Positions 46,001-55,541 of a DNA stretch of 62,673 bases are shown one piece after another. The notes below the pieces were generated by a model that was not told where the DNA came from, did not search any database, and was given only the letters and a program-made list of their open reading frames with translations. The stretch's first letter is position 1. Each line of letters begins with the position of its first letter. The translations under genes were made by a program, and so were the position numbers. Location: the NCBI GenBank assembly GCA_015067605.1, contig SVME01000001.1, forward strand, positions 1-62,673, in the 5' to 3' direction. The DNA is from Oscillospiraceae bacterium (GTDB lineage Bacteria > Bacillota > Clostridia > Oscillospirales > Oscillospiraceae).

Positions 46001-47402
46001 TACCGGTCAGCTCCACCACCTTGGGATGAAGCCTACGTTTCGGATCAACAAAGGTTTGGAAACGCTCTAACTCTACGCCCTGCTTCATCCGCACGGCACC
46101 AATCTCAATAATCGTATCCTGTCGATAAAGACCGGTGGTTTCCAAGTCAAATGCCACATATTCTCCGTCAAAGGGCAGGTTCGCATTGCCGTGGACGGCC
46201 AGCCGGTCATCCACATCGTTAATGTAATAACCCTCGCAACCATAGAGAATCTTAATGGTTTCATCGGTGCCGGCCACCTTAGGGGCACCCTTCCAATCCT
46301 CCACCACATGAAGCGCATCCGTAAAGGATTGAACGCAGCCGTGGTCAGTAATTGCGATGGCCTTATGCCCCCATGCCGCCGCCTGCTTGATGGCAGCCTT
46401 GGTATTGGTCAGAGCATCCATGTTGCTCATGACCGTGTGCATATGCAGCTCCACACGCTTGCCCTCTTTGGCGGTATCAACACGCTTCTCCATAGAACCG
46501 GGCATGATAGCGTTGGGCTTGAGGACCATTTCATTGGTATAGTTATCTATCATCAGTCGACCCATAACACGAACCACACTGCCAATTTTTATGGCATCCA
46601 TCACAGGGTCGGCTTCCTTTTTCTCCAAAAAACGGCTGATACGAACAGAGGAAGTATTGTCTGTCATATCAAACTTGATGACCACGGCGTTGCGCTTGGT
46701 CAGCTCTTTGTGTTCAATTGCAAAGACCTTGCCTTCCACAATCACATTGCCCATGTTCAAATCCAGCTCCTTCATGGGCACAACATTCCCACGGAAGGGC
46801 TTGCCGAAAATGGCATCATTGGACTGCGCCACAGGAGCAGACTTGGGTGCGACGGATACGCAGGGGCACTCCTCCACCATTTCCTGCCGCATCTTCTCCA
46901 TGGCTTCAAACAGAGCCTGTCCCTCAAGGGCGCAACCGGACTCAATGCAAATGGTCACCTCTGTGCCGAACCGCTCTGCCAGTATGTTGCAGACCTTATT
47001 GGCGGAGGTCATCAGTTCCTTTTTGCCGTTGGCCTTCAGGCAGATATTAAGGATATTCCCCTCCCAGCTCCAACGGGCGCCGGCCAGCGAGCCACGGGCC
47101 ATGGAATCCTCTGCCACAAACAAATCCCGAAGCTCCACCGGTTCAATTTTACACAGTTCAGAGGATGGGTGCTTGCAGACTATACTTGCGTGGCGCAGCT
47201 GGTAGAAACCGGCCGCCCACTGAGCCGCCTCATTCAGAAAACGCTGCGGAATATAGGTTTCAGAATAGAAACAAACCACAATATCCCGCTCCGTCTGATC
47301 GATGTGGGCATCCTGCACGCAGGCAACGGACAGCAATTGGCGCTGCTCCTCCGGCGGGGCGTAATTGGGAAATAAATCAAAGAAGTATACTTTCTCAGTC
47401 AT
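43065..47402 (-). CDS. polC: DNA polymerase III alpha subunit, PolC type
   Basis: RVELHMHT PHP domain, FDLETTG exonuclease, GSRGSVGSS, KVPDIDLNFSG and YLFPKAHA motifs. Confidence 0.97.
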   Translation of the reverse strand: MTEKVYFFDLFPNYAPPEEQRQLLSVACVQDAHIDQTERDIVVCFYSETYIPQRFLNEAAQWAAGFYQLRHASIVCKHPSSELCKIEPVELRDLFVAEDSMARGSLAGARWSWEGNILNICLKANGKKELMTSANKVCNILAERFGTEVTICIESGCALEGQALFEAMEKMRQEMVEECPCVSVAPKSAPVAQSNDAIFGKPFRGNVVPMKELDLNMGNVIVEGKVFAIEHKELTKRNAVVIKFDMTDNTSSVRISRFLEKKEADPVMDAIKIGSVVRVMGRLMIDNYTNEMVLKPNAIMPGSMEKRVDTAKEGKRVELHMHTVMSNMDALTNTKAAIKQAAAWGHKAIAITDHGCVQSFTDALHVVEDWKGAPKVAGTDETIKILYGCEGYYINDVDDRLAVHGNANLPFDGEYVAFDLETTGLYRQDTIIEIGAVRMKQGVELERFQTFVDPKRRLHPKVVELTGITDDMLNGAPTIQEILPKFREFVGDSVLVAHNADFDANFVRRACEEQGITWDMTYVDTLAIAQCLMPELGRFRLDIVAKKFELDDFNHHRAGDDALVCGRIADRLFQMLAERGVEDIQSINAAMLPLRPIHRQDTMKCQHIVLFAKNQTGLRNLYRLISESNLKYFRKFPRIFKSELMKYREGLIIGSACENNELFQAVLSGKSPEELERIASFYDYLEVQPISNNRFMLFPRKVDKDGREVEPPIATGEEQLRQFNREIVELGQRMNKPVVATGDVHFLNPEDEVFRHILLATKGFDDADKDNPLYFRTTDEMLREFSYLGPEKTQEIVITNPNLIADMCETVRPVPHNLFAPSIENSVEDLKSLVYGKLHRLYGENPPELFVKRVETELNDIINCHYDVIYMSAQKLVQNSLENGYLVGSRGSVGSSIVAYMSGITEVNSFPPHYRCPNPECKHTVLDIPKGYNCGADLPDADCPKCGTKLEKDGFNIPFETFLGFGGDKVPDIDLNFSGEYQARAHAYCTEMFGRSHVFRAGTIGTVAEKTAFGYVKKYMEEHGKSAPAPEMNRLASGCVGVRRTTGQHPGGLVVIPQENEIWDFCPVQHPADDPKSDQITTHFEYHSMEENLLKLDMLGHDDPTMIRMMEDMTGVDAKTIPLDDKNTMSIFTSSKVLGYEDDKLLGPTGAVAVPEFNTRFTRGVLLDTMPTKFDFLVRISGYTHGTDVWLGNARDLITSKTATVDGTIGCRDDIMIYLISCGMPEKRAFKIMESVRKGRGLPDGAEEEMIAAGVPDWYIGSCKKIKYLFPKAHAVAYVMMAFRIAWFKVYHPLAFYAAYFYRRSQKGGFDAVMMTNGMDTVMGHIDAIDNNENATDKDEDLLTTLEVVYEFYLRGLEFLPIDIYKSHATKFLIEDGKLRPPFVSISGLGENAAISLMEGREGKDFLSIEEVAIACPKVSKTHIQMLKEAGAFGSMAETNQVSLF

Positions 47403-47424
47403 CTCAACCTCATTTGTGGGAAAC

Positions 47425-47449
47425 AAAGGGCGGAGATGCTCCGCCCTTT
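47425..47449 (-). other. Stem-loop between ispG and polC
   Basis: AAAGGGCGGAG-ATG-CTCCGCCCTTT. Confidence 0.6.
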
Positions 47450-48485
47450 ACATCGCTTCGATACGCTTCAGCAGTGCGCCCAGCAACTCGTCATAGGGAA
47501 GCTTTTCAACCTGAACGCCCTTTTCAAAAATCGTGCCCCAGCCATCGCCGCCGGCGATGCCGATATCCGCCTCACGGGCTTCACCGGGGCCGTTGACGAT
47601 GCACCCCATCACTGCTACGGTGATAGGCTTGGTGCAATCTTTCAACGCTGCATCCACCTGCTGCACCAAACCAATCAGGTCAATGCGGGTACGTCCGCAG
47701 GTGGGACAGGAAATTATATTCACACCATCCTTGCGCAGTCCAGCCGCCTTCAAAATATCCTTTGCGGCATAAACCTCCTCCACAGGATCATCAGTCAGGC
47801 TGACACGGACGGTATCACCGATGCCGTCCAACAGCAGTGCGCCGATGCCCATAGCGGACTTAATCAGTCCCTGCCGGACAGGGCCGGTTTCTGTAACACC
47901 GATGTGGATGGGATAATCGCATTTGGAACGGAACAGACGAGCCGCCGCTACCATGGTGGGCACCGTGGAGGACTTCATGGACACGCAGGTATCATAGAAG
48001 CCGTACTTTTCCAGCAGCTCGATATGCTGGAAGGCACTTTCCACCAGCGCTTCGGCGGTAGGATGGCCATACTTTTCCAGCAGAGTCTTATCCAGACTGC
48101 CGCCATTGACGCCGATACGGATGGGGATTTTCTTGTCCTTGCAGACATCCACCACCGCCTGCACCCGATCCTCGCCGCCGATATTACCGGGGTTGATTCG
48201 GATTTTGGAAGCGCCGCCTTCCGCCGCAGCGATGGCCAGCTTATAATCGAAATGAATGTCTGCCACCAGCGGCAAGGGGCTCTCCTTGCAGATTTCTGCA
48301 AAGCTGCGGGCACTTTCCATATTGGGAACCGCCAGCCGGACGATTTGACAGCCCGCCGCCTGTAAGCGGCGAATCTGCTCCAGGGAACCAGCTACGTCCG
48401 TTGTTTTCGTGTTCAGCATGGACTGTATCACCACAGGTGCGCCACCGCCAATTTGCACGCCGCCAACATTTATCTGTCTAGTCAT
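47448..48485 (-). CDS. ispG: 4-hydroxy-3-methylbut-2-en-1-yl diphosphate synthase
   Basis: VIQSM, ADIHF, RINPGN, SCPTCGR and MGCIVNGPGE motifs. Confidence 0.97.
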   Translation of the reverse strand: MTRQINVGGVQIGGGAPVVIQSMLNTKTTDVAGSLEQIRRLQAAGCQIVRLAVPNMESARSFAEICKESPLPLVADIHFDYKLAIAAAEGGASKIRINPGNIGGEDRVQAVVDVCKDKKIPIRIGVNGGSLDKTLLEKYGHPTAEALVESAFQHIELLEKYGFYDTCVSMKSSTVPTMVAAARLFRSKCDYPIHIGVTETGPVRQGLIKSAMGIGALLLDGIGDTVRVSLTDDPVEEVYAAKDILKAAGLRKDGVNIISCPTCGRTRIDLIGLVQQVDAALKDCTKPITVAVMGCIVNGPGEAREADIGIAGGDGWGTIFEKGVQVEKLPYDELLGALLKRIEAM

Positions 48486-48489
48486 ATGA

Positions 48490-49545
48490 TTACCTCCGGA
48501 AAATAACGAAGATATCCTTGAACATGATCACTGCCATCAAAACCAAAAGCAGAATCATGCCCACGGCATGAATATAGCCTTCGTATTTGGGGTTGATTTT
48601 CTTTTTGGTGATTTTCTGAATCACAGTGGTTACCAGCAGGCAGAACACCCGTCCGCCATCCAATGCTGGCAGGGGCAAAAGATTCATCACCGCCAGATTT
48701 ACCGCAATAATCGCACCGAACATGAGCATATTCATCAGCGCAGCGGTAGCTGTGGGCGATGCATTGGCAACCGTAGACATGGTATCCACGATTCCAACAG
48801 GACCGGACATATCCTTCAGGCCAGCCTTGCCGGTGAACAGCATTTGCAGGCTCAGCCGAACATTTCTTATATTATCAATGGTATTATCCCAAGTAAAACC
48901 CAGTCGCTGCCAGAAGGTCGGTTCTATTTCCTTGAAAGTAAATCCATAGCGGGGGGATTCCTCGTTATTAAAGGTGCGCTTCTCCATGCGGAAATCGTTC
49001 AACTCAACGGTTTCACCATTCCGGCGAACCACAAGGTCATGGGTTTCATTGGATTCGTTCAGGTACAGTAGCATGGAAACATCGTTGGCAACGTATACCT
49101 TCTCGCCGTCCACCTCCAGAATCTCGTCGCCCACCTGCAGGCCACCTTCGCCACAAACAGCGGAGCCTGCTTCAAAGTAGGAAATGACAGGCACAGAGAT
49201 CTCATCCTGAGGCATAAAAATCACCGCAAACAGAATGAATCCAACGATGAAATTCATAGCAGCGCCGGCCACCAGAATAATCAGCCGCTTCCACCAGGCT
49301 GCTTTCTGGAAGGAACGGGGGTTGTCAGTGTCCTCATCCTCGCCCTCCATGGCACAAAAACCGCCGATGGGGATGCAGCGTAGAGAATACAGCGTTTCCT
49401 TGCCCTGCTTCTTCCAAATCACAGGCCCCATAAACATGGAAAACTCATTGACTTTGACGCCGGAGGCCTTCGCAGCCAGAAAATGTCCCAGCTCATGGAC
49501 GAATATCAGCAAGCTGAAAAGCAGAATCGCAAAAATAATAGTCAT
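48490..49545 (-). CDS. rseP: RIP metalloprotease RseP/RasP (M50, PDZ)
   Basis: HELGH, PIGGFC and NLLPLPALDGG motifs. Confidence 0.95.
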   Translation of the reverse strand: MTIIFAILLFSLLIFVHELGHFLAAKASGVKVNEFSMFMGPVIWKKQGKETLYSLRCIPIGGFCAMEGEDEDTDNPRSFQKAAWWKRLIILVAGAAMNFIVGFILFAVIFMPQDEISVPVISYFEAGSAVCGEGGLQVGDEILEVDGEKVYVANDVSMLLYLNESNETHDLVVRRNGETVELNDFRMEKRTFNNEESPRYGFTFKEIEPTFWQRLGFTWDNTIDNIRNVRLSLQMLFTGKAGLKDMSGPVGIVDTMSTVANASPTATAALMNMLMFGAIIAVNLAVMNLLPLPALDGGRVFCLLVTTVIQKITKKKINPKYEGYIHAVGMILLLVLMAVIMFKDIFVIFRR

Positions 49546-49559
49546 ATATGCCTCGCAAA

Positions 49560-50708
49560 TTAAATAGAATTACGCACAATCTCACGGGCCGCACGGTCTG
49601 CCGCAAGAATATCCTCCAGCGTGGGAGATGCAATCACACTCACCTGCTCCACCGCCTTGACCACCAGCTCATAAATATCGTAGAAACCGATTTTGTCCGC
49701 AAGGAACAGCGCAACTGCCTCTTCATTGGCTCCGTTCATGGCCGCACAGGCAATCTCGCCCAGCTTGGCGCAGCGGCGTGCCAGCGCCAGACAGGGAAAA
49801 TTCTCCATATCCGGCTCACAGAAGGTCAGCGCGCCGCACTTGGTCAAATCCAGACCGTCCACCGGACAGGCTGTTCGCTGGGGATAAGTCAGCGCCAGCT
49901 GAATGGGTAAACGCATATCCGGCGCACCCATCTGAGCCATCACTGCTCCGTCAACCAACTCCACCATGCTATGCACGATGCTCTGACGGTGAATCACCAC
50001 ATCCACCTGCTCCAGAGGCACCCGATACAGTCGCATGGCCTCGATTACCTCCAGACCCTTATTCATCAGGGTAGCACAGTCGATGGTAATTTTTGCGCCC
50101 ATCTTCCAGTTGGGGTGCTTCAAAGCGTCCGCCTTGGTAACCTTGGTCAGCTGCTCTCTGGTCATTCCGAAGAAGGGGCCACCGGAGCAAGTGAGAATCA
50201 GCCGCTTGATTTCAGCAGGATTCTTCACGCCCATCAGGCACTGAAAGATGGCCGAATGTTCCGAGTCCACGGGAATGATTTCGACACCGTACTTGTCCGC
50301 CTCCGCCATCACCAGCTCGCCGGCGCAGACCAGAGTTTCCTTATTGGCAAGGCCGATGCGCTTTCCAGCGCGAATGGCTGCAAGGGTAGGTTTCAGGCCT
50401 ACCATACCCACAACGGCAGTAATAACGCACTGAGCGCCGGGAATGGTTGCGGCCTCGATCAGCCCATCTTCCCCCCAAGCGATACGGATATCCAAATCGG
50501 ACAGCTCCTGCTTCAACGCAGCCGCAGCTTCTTCCGTGGCCATGACTGCCAATTCAGGGCTAAACTGGCGGCACTGCTGGGCCATCAGCTCCACGCTAGT
50601 GCCGGCAGTCAGCGCCGCCACTCGTATGCCGTCCATACGGCTGATGATGTCAAGGCTCTGCCGGCCAATAGAGCCGGTAGAGCCTAAAATACTTACGCAT
50701 TGAATCAT
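49560..50708 (-). CDS. dxr: 1-deoxy-D-xylulose-5-phosphate reductoisomerase
   Basis: LGSTGSIG, LANKE, PVDSEHSA and HPNWKMG motifs. Confidence 0.97.
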   Translation of the reverse strand: MIQCVSILGSTGSIGRQSLDIISRMDGIRVAALTAGTSVELMAQQCRQFSPELAVMATEEAAAALKQELSDLDIRIAWGEDGLIEAATIPGAQCVITAVVGMVGLKPTLAAIRAGKRIGLANKETLVCAGELVMAEADKYGVEIIPVDSEHSAIFQCLMGVKNPAEIKRLILTCSGGPFFGMTREQLTKVTKADALKHPNWKMGAKITIDCATLMNKGLEVIEAMRLYRVPLEQVDVVIHRQSIVHSMVELVDGAVMAQMGAPDMRLPIQLALTYPQRTACPVDGLDLTKCGALTFCEPDMENFPCLALARRCAKLGEIACAAMNGANEEAVALFLADKIGFYDIYELVVKAVEQVSVIASPTLEDILAADRAAREIVRNSI

Positions 50709-50716
50709 ATCTTACC

Positions 50717-51532
50717 TCACAGCTGTCCCACAGGAATCAGCAGCAGCAACACTTCAATCAGCGGTGCTACGATTACCACAGAGTCGAATCGATCCAGAAT
50801 GCCGCCGTGGCCGGGGAAGATGTTGCCATAGTCCTTGATGCCGGTCTGGCGCTTAATGACAGAGAAGGTCAAGTCACCAAAAACACCTGCCAATGCACCA
50901 ATCAGGCCATACACCACTGCCAGAAGGTAGTTAATCTCAAAGCCAAAGCCAATCTGCAAAATCAGGCAGTAAATCAACATACCAATCACCGCGGACGTCA
51001 GGCCGCCAAAAAAACCCTCCACCGTCTTGTTGGGGCTAATATTAGGGCAGAGCTTATGCTTACCGAAGAAAGAGCCGATAAAATACGCACCGATATCATC
51101 CAAAAAAGCCACAACGAACGGAATCATGATGTAATAGCGGCCTTCGTCCATATTGAGAATACGCACAATGGAGCTGAGCAGAAAGGGAATCAACAAGCCT
51201 CCTGTCATGCACATAGCCAGCCGGGAGAAGGGAATCTTCATGTCCGACAGCATGATTTCCGAAAAAAGTAGCGCATAAAAGGCGACGATACCCAGCAGTC
51301 CCAGTACATCGGGGCAACCGCAGTAGCTCCAAAGTGCTACAAAAAATGCGGCAACAGTGGTATACAGCAGCATCCGGGCATTTCGAACCAGCTTGGTACT
51401 ATCCAGCAGTTCGTAAACGGATATGCTGCAGAAGATACCCACCACCAGAGCTGTCACAATTTTCGGCATTACCAGCACCACAACAAGCAAAACCGGTGCC
51501 AGCACCAATCCGACAATCGTTCTTTTCAGCAT
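50717..51532 (-). CDS. cdsA: Phosphatidate cytidylyltransferase
   Basis: ISPNKTVEG and KDYGNIFPGHGGILDRFDS motifs. Confidence 0.95.
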   Translation of the reverse strand: MLKRTIVGLVLAPVLLVVVLVMPKIVTALVVGIFCSISVYELLDSTKLVRNARMLLYTTVAAFFVALWSYCGCPDVLGLLGIVAFYALLFSEIMLSDMKIPFSRLAMCMTGGLLIPFLLSSIVRILNMDEGRYYIMIPFVVAFLDDIGAYFIGSFFGKHKLCPNISPNKTVEGFFGGLTSAVIGMLIYCLILQIGFGFEINYLLAVVYGLIGALAGVFGDLTFSVIKRQTGIKDYGNIFPGHGGILDRFDSVVIVAPLIEVLLLLIPVGQL

Positions 51533-51535
51533 TTC

Positions 51536-52258
51536 TTACACTCCTCCGAACCGGCGATTCCGCCGGAAATATTCCTCAATGGCTTTATCCAGATCCTCGG
51601 GGCCAAAGTCCGGCCAGAGGACATCCATAAACACAAATTCCGAATAGGCACTCTGCCACGGCAGGAAATTGCTCAGCCGCTGTTCACCGGAGGGACGAAT
51701 CACCAACTCCGGATCCGGCACACCCGCGGAATCGAGATAATTTTCAAATTCAGCTTCGGTCAGACTGTCTGCCGACCGCTTCCCTGCTGCCACATCGGCT
51801 GCAAAGGCTTTGGCAGCACGGACGATTTCATCACGGCCACCATAATTCAGGCAGAAATTCACCTGCACCTCATGATAATCAGCGGAGCGCTCCTGGGCCT
51901 GCAGACACAGCTTGCGCAGTCTGGGGTTCAGGCGGCTCAGGTCGCCAAAGAACCGGAAGCACACCTTATTCTTTTCCATATCCCGCAGACCTTCCGCCAG
52001 ATACCGCTCCAGAAGAATCATCAACGCGCCGATTTCCTCCTGAGAGCGCTTCCAGTTCTCCGTTGAGAACGCATAAACCGAAAGATATTTTACGCCGATG
52101 CTGCGACAATAATTGGCAATGGTGCGGAAGGTTTCGCCGCCCGCCTTATGGCCGGCAGTGCGGGGCAAACCGCGCTTCTTCGCCCAGCGTCCGTTACCGT
52201 CCATGATAATGGCGATATGCTGGGGCATCAACGCCTTTTCCTTGTCAGACAATGCCAT
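51536..52258 (-). CDS. uppS: Undecaprenyl diphosphate synthase
   Basis: HIAIIMDGNGRWA, FSTENWKR and RLSNFLPWQ motifs. Confidence 0.97.
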   Translation of the reverse strand: MALSDKEKALMPQHIAIIMDGNGRWAKKRGLPRTAGHKAGGETFRTIANYCRSIGVKYLSVYAFSTENWKRSQEEIGALMILLERYLAEGLRDMEKNKVCFRFFGDLSRLNPRLRKLCLQAQERSADYHEVQVNFCLNYGGRDEIVRAAKAFAADVAAGKRSADSLTEAEFENYLDSAGVPDPELVIRPSGEQRLSNFLPWQSAYSEFVFMDVLWPDFGPEDLDKAIEEYFRRNRRFGGV

Positions 52259-52293
52259 GTCAGCACCTCTTTCTACATTATAATGTGGTATCG

Positions 52294-52322
52294 CCCATGA
52301 GCCGGCAAAACCGGCTCATGGG
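52294..52322 (-). other. Stem-loop after frr
   Basis: CCCATGAGCCGG-CAAAA-CCGGCTCATGGG. Confidence 0.65.
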
Positions 52323-52335
52323 AAGATACAGGCCA

Positions 52336-52890
52336 TCAAATAGCCATCAGTTCCTTTTCCTTGGCAGCGGTAGCTTCGTCCACCTTTTTGATATACTTAT
52401 CCAGCATATCCTGCAAGTCCTTCTCTGCCTTCTTCTGCTCGTCCTCGGTGATTTCGCTGTTCTTCTTCAGCTTTTTCACATAGTCCATGCCGTCACGACG
52501 GATGTTACGCATGGCAACCTTGGCTTCCTCAGCAAACTTCTTAATCTGCTTGACCAGCTCCTTACGGCGATCCTCGGTCAGCTGGGGAAACACCAGACGG
52601 ATAACACGACCGTCGTTCTGGGGGTTGATGCCCAGCTCGGAGCACTGGATGGCCTTCTGGATATCCTTCAGCAGCTTGGTATCCCAAGGCTGAATCACCA
52701 GCGTACGGGCATCGGGAGAGGAAATGGTAGCCACGCCGTTCAGCGGGGTCTCGCTACCATAGTATTCCACTGTAATCCGATCCAGAACCTTTGCATTGGC
52801 ACGACCGGCACGAACCGCGCCGAACTCCTCCGCCAGATGATCCAACGATTTTTCCATTCTTCTTCCGTATTCCTTAAAATCGACTGCCAT
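52336..52890 (-). CDS. frr: Ribosome recycling factor
   Basis: RAGRA, VEYYG, GINPQNDG and RNIRRD motifs. Confidence 0.97.
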   Translation of the reverse strand: MAVDFKEYGRRMEKSLDHLAEEFGAVRAGRANAKVLDRITVEYYGSETPLNGVATISSPDARTLVIQPWDTKLLKDIQKAIQCSELGINPQNDGRVIRLVFPQLTEDRRKELVKQIKKFAEEAKVAMRNIRRDGMDYVKKLKKNSEITEDEQKKAEKDLQDMLDKYIKKVDEATAAKEKELMAI

Positions 52891-52903
52891 GATAGCGTCC
52901 TCC

Positions 52904-53626
52904 TTAAAATTTATTTTTCACGGTGGTGCCGATGGCTTCGCCACGCACCACGCGCACAATACTGTTTTCCTCGTCCAAGCCAAAGCAGACCATAGTCATA
53001 TCATTGTCCATAGCCAGCGCCATGGCGGTAATATCCGTAGCCTTCAGATTATCCTCGAGCACCTTACCGTAAGTAAGCTGGGTATATCGCACCGCATTGG
53101 GATCCTTCTTGGGATCGGCGGAATAGATGGCGTCCACGTTCTTTGCCATCAGGATGGCATCCGCCTCAATCTCCACGCCACGGAGCACCGCACCGGTGTC
53201 GGTGGAGAAATAGGGGTTGCCGGTGCCAGCAGCGAACAGAACCACCTTGCCAACATTCAGGTAGCGCTCAGCGGTATCACGGGTGAAGTACTCCGCGAAC
53301 TTGTTCATTTCCACAGCGGTCAGCACTCTAGCATCCACACCATGCTGCTCCAACACGTCGGCCACCGCAATGGCATTCATCACCGTTGCCAGCATACCCA
53401 TGGCATCGCCGTGGGAGCGTTGGAGCTTACCGGCGCCGTTCTTCACGCCACGCCAGAAGTTACCGCCGCCGATAACCAGACCCACCTGCACACCCATATC
53501 CACGCACTCCTTGATGGAACCGCAGACGCTGTGCAGAATCGTGAAGTCCAGACCGGTGCCTTCCTTGCCGGCCAACGCCTCGCCGCTGACCTTCAGGAGG
53601 ATACGCTTATATTTAATATCACTCAT
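52904..53626 (-). CDS. pyrH: UMP kinase
   Basis: LLKVSGEAL, GGGNFWRG and GTGNPYFSTD motifs; ATG 53626 follows AAGGAG. Confidence 0.97.
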   Translation of the reverse strand: MSDIKYKRILLKVSGEALAGKEGTGLDFTILHSVCGSIKECVDMGVQVGLVIGGGNFWRGVKNGAGKLQRSHGDAMGMLATVMNAIAVADVLEQHGVDARVLTAVEMNKFAEYFTRDTAERYLNVGKVVLFAAGTGNPYFSTDTGAVLRGVEIEADAILMAKNVDAIYSADPKKDPNAVRYTQLTYGKVLEDNLKATDITAMALAMDNDMTMVCFGLDEENSIVRVVRGEAIGTTVKNKF

Positions 53627-53842
53627 TCCTATCCACTCCTTCTTTCGTATCCTCCCTATTTTAATATAATTCTCCCAAAATGACAACTACAATTTCTCAA
53701 AAATTCAAAAATGTTTTCAGATATTTTACACTTCCCTGTCCCGCCGGATAAAAATATGCCGCCCGAGCCGTTTTTTGGTTGCAAAAATAGATTCGATGGG
53801 TTATAATGAATCGTAATTTTAAGTATTGCGAGGTAATGATAG

Positions 53843-55522
53843 ATGGCTGAAATCACCGAAAGCAAAAATTTCATCCACGCTTTTATCGAGGAGGACATCG
53901 CTGAGGGCGGCCGCTACGCCGGTCAGACTGTCCACACCCGTTTCCCCCCTGAGCCCAACGGTTATCTGCACATCGGTCACTGCAAGGCTCTGATCATCGA
54001 TTTTGGCACCGCCGAGAAGTTCGGCGGTATGTGCAACCTGCGTATGGACGACACCAATCCCACCAAGGAAGATGTAGAGTTCGTGGAAGCCATCAAGGAG
54101 GACATCCACTGGCTGGGCTTCGACTGGGGCGACCGGTTCTACTACGGCTCCGACTATTTCGAAAAGGACTACGAATACGCCGTAGAGCTGATTAAGAAGG
54201 GGCTGGCATACGTTTGTGAGCTGACGCCCGAGCAGGCCAAGGAATATCGGGGTGATTTGACCACCCCCGCCAAGTCCCCCTGGCGTGACCGCCCTATCGA
54301 GGAAAGTCTGGATTTGTTTGCGCGGATGCGAGCCGGCGAGTTCGAGGACAACAAGTACACCCTCCGTGCTAAGATTGACCTTGCCTCCGGCAACTTCAAT
54401 ATGCGCGATCCCGTCATCTACCGGATTCGCCATATGCACCACCACCGTCAGGGTGACAAGTGGTGCATCTACCCCATGTACGACTTCGCCCACCCCATTC
54501 AGGACGCGCTGGAGGGCATCACCCACAGCCTCTGCTCTCTGGAGTTTGAGAACCATCGTCCTCTGTACAACTGGGTGTGTGAGAACGTTTCCGTGCCCCA
54601 TCATCCCCGGCAGATTGAGTTCGCCCGTCTGGGCATCGACCACACGGTGCTGTCCAAGCGAAAGCTGAGAGCGTTAGTGGAGAACAATTATGTGTCCGGC
54701 TGGGACGATCCCCGTATGCCCACTCTGTGCGGCCTTCGCCGCCGTGGCTACACCCCCAATGCCATCCGCAACTTCTGTGACCGTGTTGGCGTTGCGAAGA
54801 GCCCCAACACCATTGAATACGCCTTCCTGGAGCACTGCCTGCGGGAGGATCTGAACGAAACTGCTCAGCGTGTCATGGCGGTGCTGAAGCCTGTGAAGCT
54901 GACCATTACCAACTACCCCGAGGGCAAGTCCGAAACCGTGGTGGTGGAGAACAATCCCAACCGTCCCGAGGATGGTACCCGTGAGGTCAGCTTCTCCAGA
55001 AATCTCTGGATTGAGGCAGACGATTTCCTTGCCCAGCCCATCCCCAAGTACAAGCGACTGTATCCCGATGGTCCTGAGTGCCGTCTGAAGGGCGCTTATC
55101 TGGTTAAATGCACCGGCTGCGTCACCGATGAAAACGGAAACGTTGTGGAAGTTCTGGCCACCTACGACCCCGAGTCCCGTGGCGGTGATCCTGCCGACGG
55201 TCGTAAGGTCAAGGGCGCTACTATCCACTGGGTCGATGCCAACGACTGCGTCGAAGCAGAAGTTCGCCAGTATTCCAACCTATTCGATGACCCGGACCCC
55301 GATGCCGCCGGAAAGGATTTCCTTGCCTGCCTGAATCCCAACTCTCTGGAGATTCTCACCGGCTGCAAGTTGGAAAAGAGTTTGACCGATGCCAAGGCTC
55401 CCGCCTCCTATCAGTTCATGCGTCTGGGCTACTTCTGCCCCGACAGCAAGGACTCCGCCCCCGACCATTTGGTATTTAACCGCTCCGTCAGCCTGAAGGA
55501 CAGCTTCAAGCCCGGAAAATAA
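53843..55522 (+). CDS. glnS: Glutamine--tRNA ligase
   Basis: TRFPPEPNGYLHIGH, YPMYDFAH, LSKRKL, WDDPRMPT and YQFMRLGYF motifs. Confidence 0.97.
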   Translation: MAEITESKNFIHAFIEEDIAEGGRYAGQTVHTRFPPEPNGYLHIGHCKALIIDFGTAEKFGGMCNLRMDDTNPTKEDVEFVEAIKEDIHWLGFDWGDRFYYGSDYFEKDYEYAVELIKKGLAYVCELTPEQAKEYRGDLTTPAKSPWRDRPIEESLDLFARMRAGEFEDNKYTLRAKIDLASGNFNMRDPVIYRIRHMHHHRQGDKWCIYPMYDFAHPIQDALEGITHSLCSLEFENHRPLYNWVCENVSVPHHPRQIEFARLGIDHTVLSKRKLRALVENNYVSGWDDPRMPTLCGLRRRGYTPNAIRNFCDRVGVAKSPNTIEYAFLEHCLREDLNETAQRVMAVLKPVKLTITNYPEGKSETVVVENNPNRPEDGTREVSFSRNLWIEADDFLAQPIPKYKRLYPDGPECRLKGAYLVKCTGCVTDENGNVVEVLATYDPESRGGDPADGRKVKGATIHWVDANDCVEAEVRQYSNLFDDPDPDAAGKDFLACLNPNSLEILTGCKLEKSLTDAKAPASYQFMRLGYFCPDSKDSAPDHLVFNRSVSLKDSFKPGK

Positions 55523-55541
55523 CAGGAAAGGACGTATACAC

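Noticed and set aside
43065-47402. Possible intein in polC
   Set aside because: Length (about 1445 aa) is normal for PolC and no intein or homing-endonuclease motifs were seen.
43065-53626. pyrH-to-polC cluster separated from rpsB-tsf, and presence of both gltX and glnS
   Set aside because: Ordinary variation in Clostridia; not considered novel.
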